Shown here one piece after another: positions 1-12,140 of a stretch of 64,000 nt of DNA. The position numbers and the translations under genes were made by a program. Under the pieces are notes generated by a model. The model was not told the origin of the DNA. It worked only from the letters and a program-made list of their open reading frames with translations, and ran no database searches. Position 1 is the first letter of the stretch; each line of letters opens with the position of its first letter. Origin of the DNA: Eledone cirrhosa (Eukaryota); the NCBI GenBank assembly GCA_964016885.1, contig OZ024746.1:91140001-91204000 (forward strand), in the 5' to 3' direction.

Positions 1-343
1 TAGCTCTATATGGATGTTTAAATCGATTAAATAAAAAATAGATAGATATGTTATTTCTACAGAACTGATGTACTAAATAACTAGAGCATGTTTTTTTTTA
101 TGAAATCCTTTGTTTGCTTATTACTATTATTTCTTCCAAATTAGATCTCTTTGAAAATATTTCTGTTTAACAAATTTGTAATTTCAATATGCGCGTTTGT
201 GTGTGTATATATGTGTGTGTGTGTGGGTGTGTATCTATATATAAATATATATGTTAGGTAATTCCAAAAGAAAAACAAAGGAAAAAAGAGTGCTCTATGT
301 ATAGAACAGAACTATTTAATTAGAAAGTGAACAACACAAACTA

Positions 344-411
344 CTCCATTACCAAAGGTTTCTGGATCACAGACAATAATAATATACGTCTGGATCGTTC
401 GTCAGACAGAG
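344..411 (-). ncRNA. Degenerate hammerhead ribozyme motif
   Basis: Minus strand ctctgt-CTGACGA-ac gatccagac...gtctgtgatc ca-GAAA-cctttgg-TA-atggag; base of stem II is mismatched. Confidence 0.4.
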
Positions 412-611
412 ATGTTATAGTTAAAAGATATGAAATGAGATTTAAAATCTGTTAAAAATTGGAAGTGAGGCTGGAAAAATAAGGGGAAATATACATAAGA
501 AAAGAAGGGTAAGAAAACTAATATATAAAAAATAAAAATCACACACATACACACATTCAGATAAAAGGAATATATATATATATATATACATGTATATGCA
601 TGTATTTATAT

Positions 612-651
<40 letters not shown>

Positions 652-869
652 CTATGTGAATGTGTGTATATATATTTATGTTTGTATGTACATATATGTG
701 TGTGTCTGTATTTAATGTGAAGTACTTTCCAATCCAGTTTCAGTTTTTCAACTGGTAACTTGATAAAACAAGAACTAAAAGAAATATTAGAATAAAATCA
801 ATAATTTATTGAGATAATCTAACAAAATAGTGAAGAAGTGCTTTGAAAATAAACATCCTGCCATTTCAT

Positions 870-1966
870 AACTTGGACAAACTACAGTAGTGTTTTAGTT
901 AAGAGTTTGGAAACTTCAACAAACTATAGTAGTGTTTTAGTTAACAGTTTGGTAACTTGGACTCACTATAGTAGTATTTTAGTTAACAGTTTGGTAACTT
1001 CAACAAACTATAGTAGTGTTTTAGTGAACAGTTTGGTAACTTGGACAAACTATAGTAGTGTTTTAGTTAACAGTTTGTTAACTTGGAAACTATAGTACTG
1101 TTTTAGTTAATAGTTTGGTAACTTGGACAAACTATAGTAGTGTTTTAGTTAACAGTTTGGTAACTTGGACAAACTATAGTAGTGTTTTAGTTAACAGTTT
1201 GGTAACTTGGAAACTATAGTAGTGTTTTAGTGAACAGTTTGGTAACTTCAACAAACTATAGTAGTGTTTTAGTTAACAGTTTGGTAACTTGGACAAACTA
1301 TAGTAATGTTCTAGTTAACAGTTTGGTAACTTGGACAAACTATAGTAGTGTTTTAGTTAACAGTTTGGTAACTTGGAAACTATAGTAGTGTTTTAGTTAA
1401 CAGTTTGGTAACTTCAACAAACTATAGTAGTGTTTTAGTTAACAGTTTGGTAACTTCAACAAACTATAGTACTGTTTTAGTTAACAGTTTGGTAACTTCA
1501 ACAAACTATAGTAGTGTTTTAGTTAACAGTTTGGTAACTTCAACAAACTATAGTAGTGTTTTAGTTAACAGTTTGGTAACTTGGACAAACTATAGTAATG
1601 TTCTAGTTAACAGTTTGGTAACTTGGACAAACTATAGTAGTGTTTTAGTTAACAGTTTGGTAACTTGGAAACTATAGTAGTGTTTTAGTTAACAGTTTGG
1701 TAACTTCAACAAACTATAGTAGTGTTTTAGTTAACAGTTTGGTAACTTCAACAAACTATAGTAGTGTTTTAGTTAACAGTTTGGTAACTTCAACAAACTA
1801 TAGTAGTGTTTTAGTTAACAGTTTGGTAACTTGGAAACTATAGTAGTGTTTTAGTTAACAGTTTGGTAACTTGGAAACTATAGTAGTGTTTTAGTTAACA
1901 GTTTGGTAACTTCAACAAACTATAGTAGTGTTTTAGTTAACAGTTTGGTAACTTCAACAAACTATA
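870..1966. repeat. Minisatellite, 42/40-bp unit, about 26 copies
   Basis: aactatagtagtgttttagttaacagtttggtaactt(ggacaa/caacaa/gga). Confidence 0.95.
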
Positions 1967-3374
1967 ATTATGTTTCAGTTTCGATTTATGATCAAATTAT
2001 AATACATAGTATTTTGATAATTGAAACAGAAAAAATAATAAGTAGGTGTGTTTAGTTTTTTTTGTGGCAGCAATAGTTAATAGCTATAGTGGTAACAATA
2101 TATATGGTAGTAGCAATTGAAATTAGAAAAATTTTAGAATATTAATAAATCGGATACGGGAAAAAGATGAAAAGGAAAGTGTTACAAGGGAAATAACTCT
2201 TCCTTTATTCACTAAATTAGTTGCATTCGCAGAAGACAAGTGTTAATTTTAACCTTTTGTGTGGAGTTAAAACTAAAATCCAGAATGTGGCTCGCTTATC
2301 GCACAGTTGTTCTAATGAAAGATTGTAAGGCCATGATCTGCTAAATGTGAAGAAATAAAGAATAGTATTCGTTCATTAAAGCGACAACTGACATACGTTC
2401 GCCCTATTAGCCACCAGCTATTCCACAGTCTCAAGTGAACCGGCATATTTTGTACAACCCCAGACATTTTGCAAAATGACATAAAGCAGGTGATGGCCTG
2501 TAAACCTATACACTACCTGCTGAGAACTGTCCCAAATTTGTTGCAGAGTCGATCAGGAAGTCACAAGCGATCGTCCGTGAAACCAATAACACAAGGAAAG
2601 GAATTAAGCTGATACGAATTTGATTTCTTGGCACCAAACCATATTTACATGATATACCAATAAATAACTAGTACGTTTTATCGATCACAAAGGGTTGAAA
2701 ATGAAAGTCACCTTTGGCGGGATTTGATCTCGGGACGTACAAACGAAACTAAATAGTGAAATAAATATTAGTTGTGCGACCTATCATTACTAGTGTCGTC
2801 TCCTCAAATGATTAATATTGATTTCTAACACTGGCACCAAGCCACAAATATCTAAGGATGATGTAGTTTATCTACTTGTCTGATTATATCTTATCAACCC
2901 TGAAAAGACTTTAAAAAAAAGATATTAAGTCTACCTCCGAGGGATTTGAAATCAGAGTGATAAGGTATTCAATTAAAAAATGCCATTAACAATAAAAAAA
3001 TTTCTAATTGTTCTACAAGACCAACAATTTTTAGCGAGGAGAAAACCATTTATATTGACTCAACTGGTACTTTATTTTATCTACCCCTGGAGGTTGATCT
3101 CGGCGGGATTGGAATTCAAAATGCAGAAAGTCGTAACTAAATACTGTAAAGCATTTTCTCCGACACTCTACCGATTCTGTCAATCCACCGCTCGAGGTTA
3201 ATAATAATAATTGTTTCTACTTTTGGCACAAGGCCAGCAATTATCCAGTACATTACTGGTACTTTATTTTATCGACCCCGTAAGGATGAAAGGCAAAGTT
3301 AACCTCGGCGGAATATGATTTCTTTATCAACCACAAAGGGTTTACATCAAGAAAAACATTATGACAGGACAGAA

Positions 3375-3670
3375 TGTGTGGAGTGTATGTGTTGGTATGT
3401 GGGTTGTGTTGGTGTGTGTGTGGAGTGTTGGTATGTGGGTTGTGTTGGTGTGTGTGTGGAGTGTTGGTGTGTGGATTGTGTTGGTGTGTGTGTGGAGTGT
3501 TGGTGTGTGGGTTGTGTTGGTGTGTGTGTGGAGTGTTGGTGTGTGGGTTGTGTTGGTGTGTGTGTGGAGTGTTGGTGTGTGGGTTGTGTTGGTGTGTGTG
3601 TGGAGTGTTGGTGTGTGGGTTGTGTTGGTGTGTGTGTGGAGTGTTGTGTGTGTGTGTGGAATGTTGGTGG
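3375..3670. repeat. GT-rich minisatellite, 36-bp unit
   Basis: gtgtgtgtgtggagtgttggtgtgtgggttgtgttg. Confidence 0.9.
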
Positions 3671-3688
3671 GTGAGTTGTGTGTGTATA

Positions 3689-3721
<33 letters not shown>

Positions 3722-3864
3722 CAACATCATTTGCATATTCATCTTAATAATTTGAAATATTTGACTTTTCCTCTCTTCCCCCTCTTTCCTTTTACTACCC
3801 AGGAAAAACTAGAACCATTAAGATCTCCTTCCTGGATATGTTAATATTTATAAAACAAACTGTG

Positions 3865-3925
3865 TATTTTATCTGATGAGAGCGTACCAAAGCTTTGGTA
3901 CCCTTGAAATATATATAATAGAATA
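3865..3925 (+). ncRNA. Minimal type-I hammerhead ribozyme motif (Penelope-type)
   Basis: tattttat-CTGATGA-gagcgtaccaaa gc tttggtaccctt-GAAA-tatata-TA-atagaata: both core boxes, 8-bp stem I, about 11-bp stem II, palindromic stem III. Confidence 0.55.
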
Positions 3926-4117
3926 AATATAGTTTTATAAATATAGTTTCCATTTACTAATATCATTGATATATATATATATAACAACTAGACATTGATT
4001 AACATATAAATAAACATATGAAACAATCACAGGGGATAATTTCTACAAGTGTGTAAGCACACATAGCTAGGTAGGTAACTAAATAAAGTTAACTAGAGCT
4101 TCAAAAATAGATACCTT

Positions 4118-4525
4118 ATAATATGATTAATCTTCCCTGTATATATTCCATTAAAGAAATATATTTCACCAATTAATCGAATGGTAAACCACGGAGGCCG
4201 ATACCTGGATTTTCAACAAGGAAGAAGTCCAGCCATCTGTGTTTACGCATTAAGTTCAAATCAGCGACTGGCCAGTAACACGTGCTGTATCTACTAAAAA
4301 TACACACATCATACCAGCTTCGTCCCAGTGGCGTGAATAGGGTTATCGACAACTAGAAACAGCAGTCAAGTCCTTTCAACAGAGTTAGCTCTACAATTAA
4401 ATCCAGATGGCTGGACTTCTTCCTTGTTGAAAATCCAGGTATCGGCCTCCGTGGTTTACCATTCGATTAATTGGTGAAATATATTTCTTTAATGGAATAT
4501 ATACAGGGAAGATTAATCATATTAT
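4118..4525. repeat. Perfect inverted repeat, 122-bp arms, 164-bp spacer
   Basis: 4118-4239 is the reverse complement of 4404-4525 with no mismatch seen. Confidence 0.95.
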
Positions 4526-4985
4526 CTTAATTTTGGATATATATATATATATAAGTGGAGGCTTAGTAAAATCGAATCTTTGGCTGTGGGCAAGCAAAGC
4601 CGACCTACAATATGAATGAGTTAGCAAAGCACTCAATAAGGGTAGGTCCTTAGAGTAATAACATACATTTAAATAGCTTGACAAATTGAACATTGTGGTA
4701 GGCAACGCCTAACACACAATACCAAAGTAACGAAAAAACTAACAGGTTAAAAAGATACACCTGGACAAATCAAACGTTATACGTTTAAAGTGTTTCTATG
4801 AAACCGAAATCAAATATCCGACTTACGTAACAGGCACGGTCGTGGTATTCCATGATCGAACAGAGGACTCATTTCATCAACATGGATTTCGTTCTGCCCA
4901 AAGATCGGAGCGGACGCTAAATGGTGCTGCTACTCGCCAACGGTCACGATCAGCAGCAACATTTTCGAGACCGTGCCAGGTGATG

Positions 4986-5027
<42 letters not shown>

Positions 5028-5549
5028 CATCCTTGGTGTTATGACAATACTATATATCATATCACACCTTTTATTATTAATGTTTTTGATGTTCTCTTGT
5101 GAGAATCGTTTTTGCTGAAAATATCGAATAATGTACATAATTTTTACCAGTATCACAAAAATACTGGTCCACCCACACCACACACACACATATACATACA
5201 CACACATATATACACACACACACATACACTAACATACAAAGAGACATATACACACACTTCTCCGTATAAGACAAGAGCTGAAATATAACTTTCAACATGT
5301 TAAAATATCCCACACACACGTACAGACACATTCCTACTGACCGATCCCTCTACCACGAATTACTCTGCTACACACACACACACACACACATATTTGTCTT
5401 AATAGGCACCTGAACTGTTGACCTTTCAACATGACTGCAATTCACACACACATCCCTACTGACCATTATCACAACAATGAACCTCTTTACCACACACACA
5501 CACACACACACACATATTTGTCTTAAAAGACTTATTTTTCATTGACTTC

Positions 5550-5830
5550 TCAATCAGGCGAAAAATGACACTCTTCGACAAACCTACATTTGGCGCAAAA
5601 TCAATTTTTAACATTCACGTGACCTCTACCGACCAATCAAAATTGTTTTGACCACAAGAATTTTTGCAACACGAATTGGCACGAAACTTATTTTAATACC
5701 TCTGGAGCCACTTTTTTCACATAAAACAGGTAGAATTTCCAAAACTAATCAGATTAGAGCAAACATCACGGGCGCTCTATCTCAAAATTATTTTTGAAAA
5801 GCATTAGAAATGCGCAACCGGTAAAAACTT
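5550..5830. promoter_or_regulatory. Candidate promoter-like motif cluster (E2F, E-box, CCAAT)
   Basis: TTTGGCGCAAAA 5589-5600, GGCGAAAA 5557-5564, TCACGTGAC 5615-5623, CCAAT 5633-5637, ATTGG 5675-5679 in non-repetitive, CpG-retaining sequence. Confidence 0.35.
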
Positions 5831-5936
5831 AAAACTAAAACTGAATACTAACCAATACTTATTACTAATTTTTACTTATTCCTAATTAAACTATTTTTCA
5901 CTGGGAACAATTTGTCAGCATTTTCTTTTCCTTTTA

Positions 5937-5987
<51 letters not shown>

Positions 5988-6527
5988 AAGGACCTGATGG
6001 CAGTCAACATCACCTGGCACGATCTCAAAAAAGTTGCCGCTGATCGAGACCGTTGGCGAGTAGTAGAATCTAAGACTAAGATATGAAGAAAATAAAACAG
6101 CAGAAACTGTCATGGGCGTTGAACAAAAAATACGCTGAGTATTTTAATTTAGTTGTTTTATTTTCTGGGTTCAAATCGGGCATAAAGCTGCCTTTACTTT
6201 CATCATCCAGTGCCGATTTAATTGGCTAAACTCTTCCTTTATATTTGTGGCTTTGTGCCAATGTGAGAAATTATCTATCTGGGGTCTCTGGCATTCATGT
6301 GATGCTGATGGTTTAAGGTTTTTGAATAACAGATGTGATTGCCTCCCTTCATTTCTCCCTCATCTGTGACACCAGAGATGTTATTTTTAATTAAGACATA
6401 AACGTTACTTGTAAACTTTGCAACAATTTCTAATTGCTTCACTCTAATAAAACCGTTGCCAAATGCAACAAAATTACTGCCAACACACACGCATGCACAT
6501 ACACACACACATGCAAACACACGCACA

Positions 6528-6567
<40 letters not shown>

Positions 6568-6780
6568 AAATAAATTTCAAATTACTCGACCAGCTATTTC
6601 CTAGAAAAATTTTTTTTTTAAAACAGAAATATAAATCTATTATTTAGCTGAAAGGCATACACACACGTATATACACACACACTCACGTAAACACAGACAC
6701 ACACACGTACACACATACACACTACACACAGACATACACACATATTTAGCTAAAAGAAAATATATAATAGTTGATTTTTT

Positions 6781-7500
6781 GTTGTAACTGTGGTCTTATA
6801 TCTATGACATGTCATACAATCTATTCTAGTTGTAACTGTGGTCTTATATCTATGACATGTCATACAATCTATTCTAGTTGTAACTGTGGTCTTATATATA
6901 TGACATGACATACAATCTATTTTAGGAGTTGTAACTGTGGTCTTATATCTATGACATGTCATACAATCTATTCTATGAGTTGTAACTGTGGTCTTATATC
7001 TATGATATGTCATACAATCTATTCTATGAGTTGTAACTGCGGTCTTATATCTATGACATGTCATACAATCTATTCTATGAGTTGTAACTGTGGTCTTATA
7101 TCTATGACATGACATACAATCTATTCTATGAGTTGTAACTGCGGTCTTATATCTATGACATGTCATAAATCTATTCTATGAGTTGTAACTGCGGTCTTAT
7201 ATCTATGACATGACATACAATCTATTCTAGGAGTTGTAACTGTGGTCTTATATCTACGATATGTCATACAATCTATTCTAGGAGTTGTAACTGCGGTCTT
7301 ATATCTATGATATGTCATACAATCTATTTAGGAGTTGTAACTGCGGTCTTATATCTATGACATGTCATACTTTAGGAGTTGTAACTGTGGTCTTATATCT
7401 ATGACATGACATACAATTTATTTAGGAGTTGTAACCGCGGTCTTATATCTATGACATCTCATACTTTAGGAGTTGTAACTGCGGTCTTATATCTATGACA
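6781..7500. repeat. Minisatellite, 51-bp unit with shorter variants
   Basis: gttgtaactgtggtcttatatctatgacatgtcatacaatctattctatga. Confidence 0.95.
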
Positions 7501-7980
7501 GTGCTCTGAAAGTACAGTAACCAGAGTCAGAACATGATGGAAAAAGTTCAGAGAGCTTATACCACTGTTGGCCGCTAAAGGTTTCTCTCTAAAAATGAAA
7601 GGCAGAATGTATGATGCCTGCATACGAACAGCAATGTTACATGGCAGTGAGACATGGGCATTGTGTGCAGAGGACCTGCGTAGACTGGAGAGGAACGAAG
7701 CATGCATGCTCCGTTGGATGTGTAATAGTAATATACATGACAGGCAAAGCATAAATGAACTAAGTGAAAAATTAGGAATAAGAGGGATCAGATGCTGTTT
7801 ACTCGAGAGAAGGCTACGTTGGTATGGTCACGTGATGCGCATGAAAGATGACAGCTGTATAACAAAGTACAGAGCGATCAAAATTGACGGAAGTAGGTAG
7901 ACCCAGAAAAAACCTGGGACGATCTGATAAATTCCGAACATACACACTTGCACCTCTCTAAGACAATGTCACTGGACCAA
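7500..7980 (+). mobile_element. RTE-clade LINE 3' fragment (RT C-terminus), family A
   Basis: W.KFRELIPLL...KGRMYDACIRTAMLHGSETW...[12 protein letters not shown]; disrupted by stops. Confidence 0.85.
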
Positions 7981-8595
7981 GATCTTTGGCGCTACGTAGT
8001 AATACAGAAGACCCGCCTTGCCTATGTACAAAGCGAAACCTACAGTCAGTAGGCACCTCTTAACCAAATATACACCCCAATCCACTACCCCTACTATATC
8101 CTCCCACTCCCACCAACACCACCCTCTCTCTGTAAAGTTGGTAACACAACATCCAGTCCAAATAAATGAGATTGAGGTCGTGTAGGTGTCACGACAGAAA
8201 AAAAAAACACAGTCCACGCTGTAATGTAGCCGTGTAGGTGGCACGGTAAAAAGTTCCCAGTTCCACACTGTAAATGTGGTTGGTGTTAGGAAGGGCATCC
8301 AGCCGTAGAAAACCTGCCAGACAGTCCTATATGAGTGAGACACGGTCACCCGACCAACCTTGCCTCAAGTGGGACAACTCTCGCTAACCCATGCTAGTGT
8401 GGAAGATGGACGTTAAACGAAGATGACGATGATGATGAATATGTATATTTCCTATATACATATGCATACATATGTATATATACATATAATAAACACGAAA
8501 TGAAGTGTCTTGCTCAAAATGTAAATATACATATGTAAATATACATATATTGTTATACTTTAAGAGGGTTATGCTGCCAATAAAACACACACACA

Positions 8596-8735
8596 TGTTG
8601 GATTTCCCCTCAATTTATTGTAAATTTCCAGTTAGTTTAATAAGCAGGTGGTGGTGTATTTGTTTATTTAAACAAATACACCACCACCTGCTTATTAAAC
8701 TGGAAATTTACAATAAATTGAAGGGAAATCCAACA
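8596..8735. repeat. Near-perfect 140-bp palindrome
   Basis: Centre tgttta-tt-taaaca at 8661-8674; one 4-nt bulge and one mismatch. Confidence 0.95.
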
Positions 8736-9030
8736 GTTGCTGTAAATATATTGGTAGCAGGACCCTCGGTTTCAATCCCCACTTTTTTCACATAAGAAAT
8801 CTTGCAAAACAAATACAAAAACGAAATATATATATCATCATCATCATCATCATTGTTTAACGTCCATCTTCCACGCTTGCATGGATTTGGACGGGAGTTT
8901 TCCCACTTGAGGCAAGATTGTCTCACTCATATAGGACTGTCTGGCAGGTTTTCTACGGCTGGATGCCCTTCCTAACACCAACCACATTTACAGTGTGGAC
9001 TGGGAGGTTTTTACCGTGTTATCTACACGG

Positions 9031-9062
<32 letters not shown>

Positions 9063-9842
9063 CAGAAGATCCCGTTAAAAGCGAAAGCAGCGATTCTTAA
9101 AGTTTAATCTGTTATTTTAATATATATATATATATATATACATATATATACATACATGAAGGCGTGTATATATATATATATACATAGTGAAGGCGTGTGG
9201 CTGAGTGGTTAGAGAATTGGATTCGCAATCGTAAGGTTGTGAGTTCGATTCCTGGACCAGGCGATGCGTTATGTCCTTGAGCAAGACACTTTATTTCACG
9301 TTGCTCCTTCTACCTGGAGTTGCGACCGATAGATAGTATTAGCAATTGGAAAGACCAACGGAAACATTGTTCCCTCGGTCCGATTTGACGAAAGTCGATC
9401 GTTCCTTTATACATACATATATACACGTATACATATATATATATGCATATATGATGGCTGCAATTCGATTTCGAGTAATGCCATCGCTTGATACTTAAGC
9501 ATGAGCATCACGGACCTGGCTTTTTAGTCCTGCTAGGGACTTGCCTAGGGCCAGCAATATCATGCATCGCAAAAATGTCACTTATCATCAATGCCTGAGC
9601 TTGAAGCTTTTTTTAAGTGAGGAAAGCTTTGCATGGAACCAATCCAACTCTCTGAACGTCGAATGTATTTTCCAAAAAAGAAGAACTGGTCTACATCATT
9701 GGGTGTAAACAGAGTCACAGGTTTTATAGCAGAGTTATCTTCTCCTAGAGTCTCTCGCTCCACAAAAAAACTTCATTGGAAGGCCGTTGACTCTCCTGAG
9801 TTCTACCCCCCTTTGACGGGTTTTGTTTTTCATCCTGTAGGG

Positions 9843-10323
9843 CAGGGTTTCCCAACCTGGGCGATATTGCCCACCGGTGGGCGATGAATGAATTTTTAGG
9901 AAATGGTGGGCGACAAAGGATTTTCGGTAATTAAGTATGTTATTGATCATATAATGGCCGGTATGCTGTAATGACAGAGCTCGGATTCACTCTTCCCTAG
10001 TGTGTCTGCACTAGCTGCGTCGCATCAGCCTCACACTGAAAACTAAACATGGTGAGTTTGTTGAACATTTAATACATGTATCATTTTTCAATTTTGTTTC
10101 ATTGAGAAACATTTAGCAATCAAAAACTTCACTCTTCTGAATAACGTTTCAACTCCGAATGCCCATTTTTCAATATTTCATCTCAATAAATATTTCATTT
10201 TTTAAGCAACCATTCTGAATAATGCTTTATTTTTGCGTCCTTAAAATTACTGCACATGTGGGCGATGGGAACTTTTGTGTGTGAAAAAGTGGGCGATAAC
10301 GACAAAAAGGTTGGGAACCCCTG
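9843..10323. mobile_element. hAT-type MITE
   Basis: TIRs cagggtttcccaacct / aggttgggaacccctg; perfect 8-bp TSD ctgtaggg. Confidence 0.9.
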
Positions 10324-10844
10324 CTGTAGGGTGCCCAAATTCACCCTCCTTACCAAGCAAGCTTGGTGGGGTTGCCGGTTTAGTCGCCGACGGCTCGACC
10401 ATGCACAGGTATATATGCACATATACATATATACACGTATACATATATATGCACATTTACATATATACACGTATACATATTATGCACATTTACATATATA
10501 CACGTATACATATTATGCACATATACATATATACACATGTACGCATATAAATAGTTATAAATATACAAGACGTTTAGCAGGGTAAAGGGAGATAACTAGG
10601 TTAGTGATTTCTCATTTTAGAATTTCTAATGGCGTTAATATCCCACTAGAATGGTCTAAGAAGGCAGTTAACGACGAAATATTTGTATAATTTAAATCAT
10701 TGTTCAATCATGTCCAGAATATAATAGAAGATGGGATATTAGGTGTTAATTAGAGAGATAACTAATCACAGATATGAGAAAAACTATTAATTAACCATTT
10801 AAAAAATAAAAAAAAAGATAAAATTCTTTTCACATCTTGAGTTT

Positions 10845-11365
10845 CTCAGAATTGAGAGATGACAGCTCCGATACTATGGACTTGTGGTTAGAATGTCTCA
10901 TGAAAGAATCTCTGGACAGATTTTAAGGGTCTCTCCAAACTGTGAGATCAAAGCTTCGATACTATGGACTTGTGGTTAGAATGTCTCATGAAAGAATCTC
11001 TGGACAGATTTTAAGGGTCTCTCCAAACTGTGAGATCAAAGCTTCGATACTATGGACTTGTGGTTAGAATGTCTCATGAAAGAACCTCTGGACAGATTTT
11101 AAGGGACTTTCCAAATTGAGAGATCAAAGCTTCGATACTATGGACTTGTGGTTAGAATGTCTCATTAACGATTCTCTGGACAGATTTTAAGAGGAAAACC
11201 AACCGGCAGGAGACCCCTGAGAAAGATGGTTGGATATCATCCATGAGCTTGGTTGGTCTCACTTGGGGATACAGTTGCATCAGTTGGAGATGATTGCTTT
11301 TGAAAGAAGTGTTTAAGAACTCTGCCCCCACAACCCTCTCAGGAATAAGTGGGCGAAGAAGAAAA
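10845..11365 (+). mobile_element. RTE family B 3' fragment with an internal 88-bp tandem amplification (about 3.7 copies)
   Basis: gatactatggacttgtggttagaatg recurs at 10870, 10958, 11046 and 11134; encodes ERSKLRYYGLVVRMS. Confidence 0.8.
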
Positions 11366-12140
11366 ATGACCAATAAATATATGTTCAATTCTATTAATAG
11401 TTCATTCTTACTTCTGTGAAGGATTGTCTAGGTAGGTACCCCTCAGCAATTTGTTTATTTTTTCCAGTTATAATGCTGTTATGACAGTCCTGGCTGTTGG
11501 TCTAAGTTGTCCTAAAATTATGCAGTGAAGTAAATGAGTTTGGATAAGTATAACTCTTTAGGATCTAAACCAGCCATATCTGGCCAGAATTCTCTCACCT
11601 CTTTTTGTCTAAAACAGCTGTAACCAGCCACTCATACTGACGTTAAGGTAGTGTTCTCAAAATAGATAATATCAAAATCTCATAGATATTATATGAGATA
11701 ATTATGTAACTGTGAAAATCCAATAGTAAATATAGAGTAATTTAAATGATAAAGAGTCGAACATCTCAGTATTACTATATACTATGTGAACTGGAATAAG
11801 GAAGAAAGAATAATAAGTTACTCTTTACCCAATACTGAGATTTTCGAAAATTCACAAATGAATAAAAATATAACACTTTCTTCCCTGACGTCCACAATTG
11901 ATTACCTCCCTTTAGGATATTTTGACACTAGATCTCTAAGCTGACTAATGTTGCTTGACATGTCCATACAAAAATTGTTCTAGGTTTATAAATAATAAAG
12001 ATAAAAACATGAAATTTCCAGTGAAGGTTCAAAAGTACATTTTTTAAAGTCTTCATTGGATATGAAATATTATAATGTGATCAAGCTGATTCAAACAAGC
12101 CATTAATACAAATTCCAAAACTTGATATATCACAGATTTT

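Noticed and set aside
4827-4853. Minus-strand ATG...GTAAGT mini-exon (MEYHDRACY)
   Set aside because: Too short to support and lies just downstream of an RTE 3' fragment; no partner exon could be established.
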